From assembly GCF_006345805.1 (NCBI RefSeq), contig NW_021824706.1, positions 1 through 35,920 on the forward strand: DNA of 35,920 nt, read 5' to 3'. Every line of letters begins with the position of its first letter. Positions within the stretch are counted from its first letter, which is position 1. Source of the stretch: Octopus sinensis. Lineage: Eukaryota. Positions 1 to 11,089 of this stretch are shown here, piece after piece. The position numbers and the translations under genes are program-made. Below the pieces are notes generated by a model. It saw nothing but the letters and a program-made list of their open reading frames with translations. It had not been told where the DNA came from and searched no databases.

Positions 1-1547
1 GAAAGGAGAAAGTAAGTAAGGAAATGCAAGATAACTTGTATATTATTTTGGATTGTTATTTCAAATTTATGTTAGAAAACTGAAAATTACAGTCGGAACA
101 CAGTGAGAGGTTTTTGTCAGTTGGTGGGACAAAATAGAATAATGTAAACAAAGTATTTATTAGCCATGGAAACTTTGTCATCTTACCAAACAGATTAGTT
201 GACTAACCAAATGCTATATTTTTTTCTATCTTACGAAGTTATTAAGACATAAAGGCAAAGAAAGATCTGCAGTCATAAGTAGATTTGTACAGTTTGTCCG
301 GATACTAGTTTTACTCATGCATAAGGATGACTTACAAATACTGTCTTTTATAAATTATCCGGAGCTACTTAAGACAGGCAGATGTCCAGTCTCGTATAAA
401 GAATATTAAACCTTTAGGAAGAGTTAATAAAGATCATTTATAGAGAGAGAGCATTTTAGCAAGTTTAGTTTAAATAGAGAAATGGCGGAATTAAGATTCT
501 CTTCGTAATCACAGGTTCATATCTCATCCGTGACAATGTCATTTGCTAAGCTACTCTGATTCAAGGCAGGTAAAGCAAATGAAAATATCTCAGTGAGAGA
601 GTAGCAAACTAATTGGATCTTGACAGGTAGGTATGGTGATTTACACAACTAAGATCAAATCCTTTTGAAGAAATGAGCAATGGCAGCTTGTCTGGCAAAA
701 TGCCAAATCTTGCAAGAACTTTCAGAATCTGATGCAAATAAACAAATATTCCATTGAAAATAGTGTATGGCTTAGATATTATAACTTTAGACAAGAAGCA
801 TAGAGAGAAGAATGGAAAGTATTGCCGATGTTATTATTATGATTAATTTCAAAGTGAAATGGAAATGAGCCTGGCAAGTCGTCTGCACAAAACTGTATAC
901 AGAAAGAAAGAGGAATCTGTAAATCGTTTTATGTTTCTAAGTTATTTTATTTCGTTTTCATTTTTAGATTAAAAACAATATTATTATTTGTTTGCGTTTT
1001 CAAATTAACAATTTTAGTTTTCTTATTTATTAAAAATGATTTTTTTTCTTCTGTTTTATGAGGGCATCAAGAGATAAAAGGCAAGAAAATATCTATAGTG
1101 TTAGGTAACCATGCACAGTTTGTCAGGATACAAGTTTTACTAGAATTCTATTTTCCTTTAACACACAATTTCCTTTTCAAAATAACCTTCTGTTTTGTAT
1201 GTTATGTTGAATCTTTCGGAAGTCTAACCTTCGCGTATGCGAAATCGTCCAAAGGCGATTTGTAACATTATTAGTTGACCTTAAACACAATATCAATAGG
1301 CAATGAATCGTGAATGCATCTATTTTGAAAAGTAAATGTTGTTTTCCTGTACTGTGTTCCCGTAATCTCAGAGCTGATAATAACAAAAGGGGAATAGCAT
1401 GCGTTGCTTACCCTCCCATTCCTACTTCTAACCTCAGCCCCTGTGACAAGTGATGTGAGCCCGAAGTGATGAATGTCTTAATCAACCCAACCAACGGTTC
1501 AAATTCATAACTCTCTTGCATAAACATACCAAATATTTTTGTTGCAG

Positions 1548-1606
1548 AGTTTAAGGTTCCTCATGCTCGACTTGACGTACTATTGGAATATCGGTTGAGA
1601 CAGTAG
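1548..1606 (+). CDS. Possible terminal coding exon (xFKVPHARLDVLLEYRLRQ*), unidentified
   Basis: Acceptor atatttttgttgcag ends at 1547, followed by an open phase-1 frame to TAG. Lies in non-repetitive sequence; a GTAAGT donor-like site is at 12-17. No protein recognised. Confidence 0.2.
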
Positions 1607-2214
1607 CTATCTTTCACGATATATTCTTCGTATTCTAAGAAAGAAAGAAGACCAAGTTTTTAGTCTGAGACAGTCGTTAATGGGGGAGTCTGAAGCAGAG
1701 TTAACAATGACTGCGAATCCAAAGACCCAGTTTTCGCTAACTCAATGTTACTACTACTACTACTAATAATAATAATAATGATAAAATTAGAGTAAATTTC
1801 TTTGTGAAAAGACAAGTTATTTAAAGTCGTTCCAGGCTCTATTGGCATTGATATTTTGTAAGGCTGGGTTCCTTAATTAATTGAATGTCATATCTGAGAA
1901 GGGACAGGGGTGGGCTGCGTTTTGATGAAAGCTAATGGTGAGCGTGAATGGGTGTGCCAAAGGATAGTTTTGTTTTAAAGAAATGAAAAATAAAAGCAAA
2001 ATGAAAATATCTGGAAGCTTCAAAACATGACTACGGGAATGGTGAGGGGGGGTGAGATCAGGGATAATGATCAGCTTTGAACAGAAAAAAAGTCCCCCCC
2101 CCACCATTGCTACATTGCTACTTTATCCTGCTTTCATATATGTAAAGAAGTATTTATTTAAAAAAAAAAATTAAAAAACAAAAAAAAAACAAAGCAAAAT
2201 CGGATTCAGTAAAG

Positions 2215-2248
2215 TAATAATAATAATAACAACAATAACAATAATAAC

Positions 2249-2341
<93 letters not shown>

Positions 2342-2441
2342 TAATAATAATAATAATAATAATAAAATAATAATAATAATAATAATAATAATGATAATAA
2401 TAATAATAATAGCACTGCTCTCTCACTCAATAATAATAATA

Positions 2442-2517
<76 letters not shown>

Positions 2518-2550
2518 CAACAACAGCAAAAACAATGTCAGCAACAACAA
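2215..2550. repeat. (TAA)n microsatellite grading into (ACA)n
   Basis: Direct reading; explains the poly-I/L/Y ORFs at 2154-2579. Confidence 0.97.
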
Positions 2551-3215
2551 CAATGATATTTTCTCACTTTAATCTGTAAAAATGGCAATATCAATGTGCT
2601 AAAACCGTTCACTTCAAACAGCTTATTGCTGGTCTTCCCTAGGTTGTTGTTTTTTAACTCTTTAATTTATTTTGTTTTTCATTGTAGAAGGCTGTTGTAA
2701 CCTAGATAAAAAAAAAAAAGATCCAGTTTACATGGATTATAAAGTATTGTGATCATATTTAATCTATATATTTTGTAAAGAGATATCTTTCACTCGTCTA
2801 CTAACTTATGCAAGAAAATAAAATGAAGATAGAAATTATATAAGGTAGGACAGAGGGGAAAAAAACATTAAAGATGCGGATTTAACGAAAATACTTATAA
2901 AATATATTTCAACGTTTGTGAAAAATACTCGCTGTTTATTAAAATTCTAGAAGCTTTGAAAATACTTTTTCGATAAATATTCAAAAAGATTTTGGTATCA
3001 ATTCCCGAATGTAAAATAAATTTTTTTTTTTAAAGGGAGGAATTTAGAAAACAACTATCCCAAGATTATATTTTACACACTTTTCTCTCTTTCTCTTCTC
3101 TTTATCTTCTTCTCTTTCTCTTCTTCTCTTTCTTTTTCTCTGTAAACGTATCGAAAAGAAATGAAAATAGGAATATATATATATATTATATATATATATA
3201 TATTATATATATATA

Positions 3216-3633
3216 TTACTTTTTTTACTCTTTTACTTGTTTCAGTCATTTGACTGCGGCCATGCAGGAGCACCGCCTTTAGTCGAGCAAATCGACCCCG
3301 GCACTTATTCTTTGTAAGCCCAGTACTTATTCTATCGGTCTCTTTTTGCCGAACCGCTAAGTGACGGGGACGTAAACACACCAGCATCGGTTGTCAAGCA
3401 ATGCTAGGGGGACAAACACAGACACACAAACATATACACACACATACGTAATATATATATATATATACATACATATACGACGGGCTTCTTTCAGTTTCCG
3501 TCTACCAAATCCACTCACAAGGCTTTGGTCGGCCCGAGGCTATAGTAGAAGACACTTGCCCAAGGTACCACGCAGTGGGACTGAACCCGGAACCATGTGG
3601 TTGGTAAGCAAACTACTTACCACACAGCCACTG
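3216..3633 (-). mobile_element. tRNA-derived SINE, family A (head ...GTGGCTGTGTGGTAAGTAG, internal AT/CA microsatellite, tail ...GAAACAAGTAAAAGAG)
   Basis: Collinear near-identical copies at 8365-8750 and 9027-9443; A-box/B-box-like head (TGGCTGTGTGG ... GGTTCAGTCCC) on the minus strand. Confidence 0.9.
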
Positions 3634-3654
3634 TATTATTAGTTTCAAATTTTA

Positions 3655-3855
3655 AAACAAGGCCAGCAATTTCGGGAGCGGAGAAAAGTTGATTACATCG
3701 ACCCAAGTGCCCAACTGGTACTTATTTCATCGACCCCCGAAAGGATGAAAGGCAAAGTTGACCTCGACGGAATTTGAACTCAGAACGTAAAGCCGAACGA
3801 AATGCCGCTAAGTATTTGGTCCGGCGTACTTAAACATTCTGCCAGTTGGCCGCCC
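3655..3855 (-). mobile_element. SINE family B (GAGCTGGCAGAA...GTTCTGAGTTCAAATTCC...GGGGTCGAT)
   Basis: Homologous to copies at 17125-17350, 20005-20205 and 24888-25497. Confidence 0.85.
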
Positions 3856-3954
3856 TAACACCGTTTTATTAATGCGTAAATACATAAACATCCATATGGT
3901 CCACTGACTATTCGTTTTCGTCGCAATTTTATATATCCACTCTCCCGCTCATAT

Positions 3955-4400
3955 ACATACATGTATGTGTATATGTATGTATGTAGGTATGTATGTATGT
4001 GTGTATGCATGTATGTATGTATGTATATATGTATGTATGTATGCATGCATGCATGCATGTATGTATGTATGTATGTATGTATGTATGTATGTATGTATGT
4101 ATTTATATGTTAGTGTGTGTATATATAATGTATATATACGTATCTGTGTGTGTACATATATAAAATGTATATATGTATGTATGAGTGCGTATATATATAT
4201 GTGTGTGTATGTGCATGCATGTATGTATGTATGTATGTATGTATGTATGTATGTATGCATGTATGTATGTATTTATGTGTTAGTGTGTGTATATATAATG
4301 TATATACGTATGTGTGTGTACATATATATAATGTATATATGTATGTATGAGCTCGTATATGTGTGTGTGTGTGTGTATGTGCATGCATGTATGTTTGTAT
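3955..4400. repeat. Compound (ATGT)n/(AT)n/(GT)n tract with a ~170-bp higher-order duplication
   Basis: The block gtatgtattta..gttagtgtgtgtatatataatgtatata..gtatgtatgag occurs at ~4093-4185 and ~4265-4351. Confidence 0.92.
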
Positions 4401-4557
4401 GTATTCACGCCTAAGATGTATGTTTTATATATCCGCGACCACAGGCAGGAGCAAATGTCCACGCAAAGACGCACGTATCATTTGGATCGGGGGATAAAGT
4501 TAATGTTTTTATTTAGGAATAAAGCTCTCCGAATTGAACCACACGGAATTCTGTTCT

Positions 4558-4720
4558 TGCACACACACACACACAGACACACACACGCACGCACACAGAC
4601 ACACACACGCACACGCACACACACACACTCACAGACACACACACGCACACGCACACACACACACTCACAGACACACACACGCACACGCACACACACACAC
4701 TCACAGACACACACACGCTC
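4558..4720. repeat. (CA)n-derived tract with a 36-bp higher-order unit repeated about 3 times
   Basis: Unit cagacacacacacgcacacgcacacacacacactca; appears as the [12 protein letters not shown] repeats in the ORF track. Confidence 0.9.
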
Positions 4721-4979
4721 GCATTCATACACCCATATGCAGAAAGAAAACACGCTTGCACGAGCGTTAATGTTTATCCGTATTGAAATATATATACCCA
4801 CATGTTAAAAGAAAACACCCGCCTGCGTTTGCATGCAGGGGACACAGAAGCATGGACGGGGATCACACATACTGCAATAAACAGAGCTAGGAAATATTAC
4901 ACGTATAGATAGACATTACCACGTTCACATAGACACGTTTATATGTATAATAACGACGCACATAAAACAATGAACAAGT

Positions 4980-5115
4980 TCACACACACACACACACACG
5001 CACACACACACACACACACGCACACACACACACACACACGCAACTACACAAACGTGTACACGCAAGCACGCACGCAACTACACAAACGTGTACACGCAAG
5101 CACGCACGCACACAC
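4980..5115. repeat. (CA)n plus a ~33-bp tandem duplication
   Basis: cgcaactacacaaacgtgtacacgcaagcacgc occurs twice at ~5039-5108. Confidence 0.88.
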
Positions 5116-5369
5116 TCACCCCTGTGTAATGTGCAGACGAGATGTAAAAAAAAAAAGAAAACTAAACAAATATATGTAAGATAAAAAAAAGTAGATAAAT
5201 AGCTGATAAATAGAAAGAAAAAAATATATATATATATATAAATATATACATAGACTTGAAATGTTTAAATCGAATGGAAGAACAAAAGAATAAAAAGCAA
5301 AATAAATTAAGTAAAAAGTGGCAAGAACTGGTGAAGAATTAAAACGGCATAGAAGGGAGGGAAAGAGAT

Positions 5370-5895
<526 letters not shown>

Positions 5896-6604
5896 GCACA
5901 TCTATGAGTAGGGGCGGTAAATAGTGAATGTGCGCGCGCCCACGCGCTAAAACGCAAGCAAAAATATTAGAAGAGAGGAGTGGGAAAAAGGGAAGGACAC
6001 CTACATAGTAAAAATCAATGAAAGTAAATAGAGACATCTTGTTTACATAAGCTGAGGGAGTATGGAGTGTTCACACGATTTTAGTCTGAGAAATACTTTG
6101 TCAGAAGTGCAGGCAAAAGGGGATTAGGGATTTCCCTTTTCTTTTCTTCCACTGCTATTGTATTTTAACTACAGTAACTTTCATTGTTTTTACGGTTTTC
6201 TTTTTAACATCCCAATGATTAAATATCAAATATATATAAAGTAAAAAGAGTATGGAGGTAAAATATGATAAAGAATGCAAAAAATGTCTAAGTAATCTTG
6301 TCTTGAAAATAAAGAAGGGGCCAAAACGGCAGCAGCAGCAGCAACTTGTGCATAGGGCAACATGGAAAGTAAAAAGGGTTCGGCGGATGACAACTTTTGA
6401 CTTATTGTTTAGAAATTGCTCCCAATACTGGAAGTAGTTACAGCCGTATATATAGTAGTAGTAGTAGTAGTAGCAGTAACTGAAATTACACAAACCTGTG
6501 TACACGCGCGGGCACACACGCTCATAAATATATACAGGCATTGTATGCATGCATGCATATTTTCATGTCTGTATGTATGTGTGCTTGCATATGTGGGTGT
6601 GCGT

Positions 6605-6608
<4 letters not shown>

Positions 6609-6642
<34 letters not shown>

Positions 6643-6652
6643 TATATATATA

Positions 6653-6689
<37 letters not shown>

Positions 6690-6735
6690 AGGTGGTGCTA
6701 TTAAGTTAGACATGGCCGAAACCTATCAAAGTATA

Positions 6736-6771
<36 letters not shown>

Positions 6772-6974
6772 TGTATGTATGTATGTTGTGTTTGTATGTA
6801 TGTATGTATGTATGTATGTAGTATGTATGTATGTATGTATGTATGTATGTATGTATGTATGTATGTATGTATGTAGTATGTATGTATGTATGTATGTATG
6901 TATGTATGTATGTATGTATGTATGTATGTATGTATGTATGTATGTATGTATGTGTGTGTGTGTGTGTGTGTGTA
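6609..6974. repeat. (AT)n and (ATGT)n/(GT)n microsatellites
   Basis: Direct reading; a short unique spacer lies at ~6688-6730. Confidence 0.95.
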
Positions 6975-7282
6975 GAGGCGCAATGGCCCAGTGGTAAGGG
7001 CAGCGGACTCGCGGTTGTAGGATCGCGGTTTCGATCCCCAGACCGGGCGTTGTGAGTGTTTATTGAGCGAAAACACCAAAAGCTCCACGAGGCTCCAGCA
7101 GGGTGGTGGTGGCGATCCCTGCTGTACTCTTTCACCACAACTTTCTCTCACTCTTTCTTCTGTTGGCCTGCTCGCTTAGCCAGCGGGGTGGCGTCAATTG
7201 AAGGCTAAAACAATGCAAAGCGCATTGTGACCAGCGATGTGTAGCAATATCTGATAGCCTAGTCGGTCACGGTGATCACGGT

Positions 7283-7283
<1 letters not shown>
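6975..7283 (+). mobile_element. tRNA-derived SINE, family C (GAGGCGCAATGGCCCAGTGG...GGTTTCGATCCC...GGTCACGGTGATCACG)
   Basis: A box TGGCCCAGTGG and B box GGTTTCGATCCC; near-identical copy at 33916-34212; same head at 32856 and 20781-20945. Confidence 0.92.
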
Positions 7284-7344
<61 letters not shown>

Positions 7345-7859
7345 AGTATATGAATATCCAAATTTCAATTGAGTATTAAATGTTATTTGTCCACCGATTT
7401 TCATTTGATATTATTATAGAGTTGAATAATTTTCAAAGTGTATATTCGGGAGCTGAATAAAATAGGAAAGTTTAAAGAGTTTTTTTATTATAACATAATG
7501 AATCCTGCAATCTTACACGTGTTTCTCTAGCGAATACTCGTGCGTTATGCGATGATCGTCACGTAAACGATTGCATAATAAGGCTGAAATGCCAGATCTT
7601 CAGAGGAATATAAATCAGCTCCGCACTATTTACCAAAATAACTAGCTTGACAGAGCACAGACACAAATGAGTATAAGGTCAAGAGAGAATACGTTTTATA
7701 GCAATTGAGAAAAAGCAGCAGCGGTGGTAATGGCGGTGGCGGGCTAGTATTTTTATGTTATCTGTGAAATACAAAGAAAAAGAGAAATAATGTAGTGACA
7801 AGGCCTAAGAGGAAAAGAAGGTCAAGTGTCTATCTAAGCAGTCATGGTTCAAAGAAATA

Positions 7860-8055
7860 AGGTCGTGTGGTTTAGAACGTCTCTGTAACCTAGCGGTTCA
7901 GCAAAAAATAGAAAAAAACCGATTGAATAAGTACTAGACTTAGAAGAAAGAGAACATACATACTGAGGTCAGTTTCTTCGACTGAAACCCTTCAACGTGG
8001 TGCCCCAGCATTGCCGCAGTTCAACGGCTAAAACAGGCAAAGAACAAAAGATAAC
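7860..8055 (+). mobile_element. SINE family A, diverged 3' half
   Basis: gtaacctagcggttcagcaaaa...gaataagtactagac...gtgccccagcattgccgcag matches the 3' part of family A. Confidence 0.75.
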
Positions 8056-8137
8056 CAGGCTAAATCATTTAGAAGGCAATCGCAATAAGAATAGACCGCG
8101 TATTAATTAGCGAAAGATGGCTGTATACATACACACT

Positions 8138-8173
<36 letters not shown>

Positions 8174-8247
8174 ATGCATGCACGCACGCACAACCGTATA
8201 TGTATTTATAACATTCATATTTATTTACGCATGCATACAGTATGACA

Positions 8248-8325
8248 GTGATCACCGTGACCGACCAGGCTATCAGATGTTGCTACACATCGCTGGTCAC
8301 AATGCGCTTCGCATTGTTTTAGCCC
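8248..8325 (-). mobile_element. SINE family C 3' tail fragment
   Basis: Reverse complement matches ~7203-7279 with few mismatches. Confidence 0.9.
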
Positions 8326-8364
8326 TAACCCCCACCATAGCCATATGATGTTTTACTCTAATAC

Positions 8365-8750
8365 CCTTTTACTTGTTTCAGTCATTTGACTTATGGCCAT
8401 GCTGGAGCGACGGCCCTAGCCGAGCAAATCGACTCCAGGACTTATTCTTTGTAAGCCTAGTACTTATTCTATCGGTCTCTTTTGCCGAACCGCTAAGTTA
8501 CGGGAACGTAAACACACCAGCATCGGTTGTCAAGCGATGCTGGAGGGGACAAACACAGCCACACAAACATATGCACACACACACACATACGACAGGCTTC
8601 TTTCAGTTTCCATCTACCAAATCCACTCACAAGGCTTTGGTCGGGCCGAGGCTATAGTAGAGGACACTTGCCCAAGGTGCCACGCAGTGGGACTGAACCC
8701 GGAACCATGTGGTTCGTAAGCAAGCTACTTACCACACAGCCACTCCTACG
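8365..8750 (-). mobile_element. SINE family A, full length
   Basis: Collinear with 3216-3633 and 9027-9443. Confidence 0.9.
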
Positions 8751-8919
8751 CCTAAAAACTAATTTTCTAGAAACTTCTTTCAAAATTCTTATTTGCTTTT
8801 TCCCACATTAACTTGTGTAGGTTGAACTGTGTAAAACGTGAGAGAAAGAAACATGTTTCTTGCAATACATACCAATGCATACATCTAAAGCAAAAAAACC
8901 TTCCCGAGCCCTTAAAATA

Positions 8920-9002
8920 CTGTTGTGGGTCCCAAATTTACTATTTTGCGAATCTTATATGGACTCACAGGAGCCATATGAACCCCTGTTGAGAACCAAT
9001 AG
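8920..9002 (-). mobile_element. hAT (Charlie-like) MITE terminal fragment
   Basis: ccatatgaacccctgttgagaaccaata is the inverted equivalent of cagtggttctcaactagggttcatatgg at 27100. Confidence 0.6.
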
Positions 9003-9026
9003 TATAAACAGATACACATACTCTCA

Positions 9027-9231
9027 TTTACTCTTTTACTTGTATCAGTCATTTCACTGCGGCCATGCTGGAGCACCGCCTTTAGTCGAGCAAATCGATC
9101 CCGGGACTTATTCTTTGTAAGCCCAGTACTTATTCTATCGGTCTCTTTTGCCGAACCGCTAAGTGACGGGGACGTAAACACACCAGCATCGGTTGTCAAG
9201 CAATGCTAGGGGGACAAACACAGACACACAA

Positions 9232-9272
<41 letters not shown>

Positions 9273-9443
9273 CGTATATACGACAGGCTTCTTTCAGTTT
9301 CTGTCTATCAAATCCACTCACAAGGCATTGGTCGGCCCGGGGCCATAGCAGAAGACACTTGCCCAAGATGCCACGCAGTGGGACTGAACCCGGAACCATG
9401 TGGTTGGTGAGCAAGCTACTTACCACACAGCCACTCCTGCGCC
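9027..9443 (-). mobile_element. SINE family A, full length
   Basis: Intact head GGCGCAGGAGTGGCTGTGTGG at 9443 on the minus strand; collinear with other copies. Confidence 0.92.
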
Positions 9444-9564
9444 TATAAGAAAAAAGCCCGTGTAAGTTCAAATACGCAACCACACGAATATACACACAGT
9501 TCATATCTATCTCTACATAAACGACAGTCATACATACATTCAACACAACTTGATATATACATAT

Positions 9565-9600
<36 letters not shown>

Positions 9601-9764
9601 ATATCCAGCTGCAATATTTAGGATAAAGAAAAGTAAAAGATTGGGTCATTGATTAAAGTAGTGAAGTGCATTATTTATTTAAAGGTCTAGTTTCTAAGTC
9701 AGGTGTTATGTAATAATAATAATTCTTTCTGTTGTAGGTACAAGAACTGAAAGTTTGGAGGATG

Positions 9765-9918
9765 GGGTTAGATGATTAGATCGATCCCAGTGATAAACTG
9801 GTACTTATTTCATGGACCCCGAAAAGCAAAATCGACCTCAGTGGAATTTGAACTCGGAACGTGATGACGAGCGAAATACCAGTAAGCGTGTTAACACTTC
9901 TGCCAGCTTGCCACCCTA
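9765..9918 (-). mobile_element. SINE family B, diverged
   Basis: tcgatcccagtg..tggtacttatt..gaccccgaaa..gtggaatttgaactcggaacgt..ttctgccagct motifs. Confidence 0.8.
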
Positions 9919-9932
9919 AAGCGTATGTGTAA

Positions 9933-10325
9933 TCTCTCTCTATATAAAGCTGAAGTTGTCTGTGTATGGCAGGTTTAGTAGCCTTCAACTAACACTATCT
10001 CCTCCGAGACCCTGCGGCGCAAGTTGACCAAAGTTGAGAGTATGATAGAAGAAGGCTTGCACTTCATTCCGTAGAAGAAAAAATTCAAATCGGACCATGT
10101 TAACACAAAAATTATTTACATAAAAAAAGGTGCTTTTTTTCTATGAAAATCCATATTTTTTAACGATTTTTTGACTGCTGTGTCGTCATTTTTCGGTGTA
10201 TTTCAACCAGAAAAATGTTCACTTAAAGAGAATAACAAGCTACATAAGGTAAAAGTTTTACTTTTCAAAAATTCCAATTCTAATGGGTCGCAACAAACCC
10301 GATCAACGCCGGGCGATACTGCTAG
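9933..10325 (+). mobile_element. Non-autonomous Helitron-like element
   Basis: 5' TC(TC)n-TATATAAAG start, 3' small hairpin cgccgggcg then CTAG, inserted between A and T, no TSD; homologous copy at 32146-32743 on the minus strand. Confidence 0.75.
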
Positions 10326-11089
10326 TAATAATAAAGATTAAAAGGTGTATATAATATAATTTTTTACAGAGTGAGTTTAAAGTTATAATTAAATCAAAAA
10401 TTGTCTTTATCGATATCGTAGAACATTATCCTGCTGCCAATGGTTATAAGATTTGAGTCTACTGAAAGAACATAGCCAGCTTTTATTTACGAATTTATCT
10501 GGATAGAAGATTCTTTAAATAAAATTTAAATGACTTAACTTACTTTTATGTTTGTAAAAGAATAGCATTCGTTTCTTTGAGGCTAAGTAATCTTTTGTAA
10601 CCGAATAAAATATGCAGCGCTTCAGTAGAATGATCTTTCCTGTTTCCAATTTAAAAAGAAGCTGTCGGTACGATGTCCCAGTGTAGCTCATAGTATTTGA
10701 AGAGCTTAGGTCAAATATGCAATTAGCTAGTCTAGTTGAATTGAGTAATCTTTTATATTCCTAAAGCTATGTGTAATTTATAACGGAATTCAATGAAGAT
10801 CCGATATAATAACAGGTATCTATTGATGTAATGACACTACACCTATAGATAAGGTTGCATAATAAATAACTACTTTGAAGGGAACAACTAGAAGTCGTTC
10901 TACAATTACAATTTATGAATATATTTTGCAAAAATAGACTCCCGTTCATATGGGTATGGATTTTCCTGGTTACTATTCAACGTTAATAAGGATTCATTAC
11001 ATTATCTTCAATTAGCCACATTATCTTCAGCCAGTTACATTATCTTCTTGTTCACAATTTGTTTTAAATATTTTATTACATTTTCTAAT

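Noticed and set aside
609-794. 61-aa minus-strand ORF
   Set aside because: No recognisable motif, TTG start, and no matching splice-site pair.
1455-1540. C/D snoRNA suggested by GTGATGA
   Set aside because: No downstream CTGA D box or terminal stem at a suitable distance.
3073-3642. ORFs with recurring peptides such as PGTMWLVSKLLTTQPL and KETDRISTGL
   Set aside because: Chance translations of SINE family A; they recur at 8373-9594 because the DNA repeat recurs.
6155-6550. Overlapping ORFs with poly-Q/A/C from (CAG)5
   Set aside because: Short trinucleotide run, no homology recognised on either strand, and no consistent splice boundaries.
6975-7050. tRNA gene call for SINE heads (also 32856, 33916, 20781-20945)
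   Set aside because: A and B boxes are present, but there is no clean acceptor stem or oligo-T terminator, and the sequence continues into a shared SINE body.
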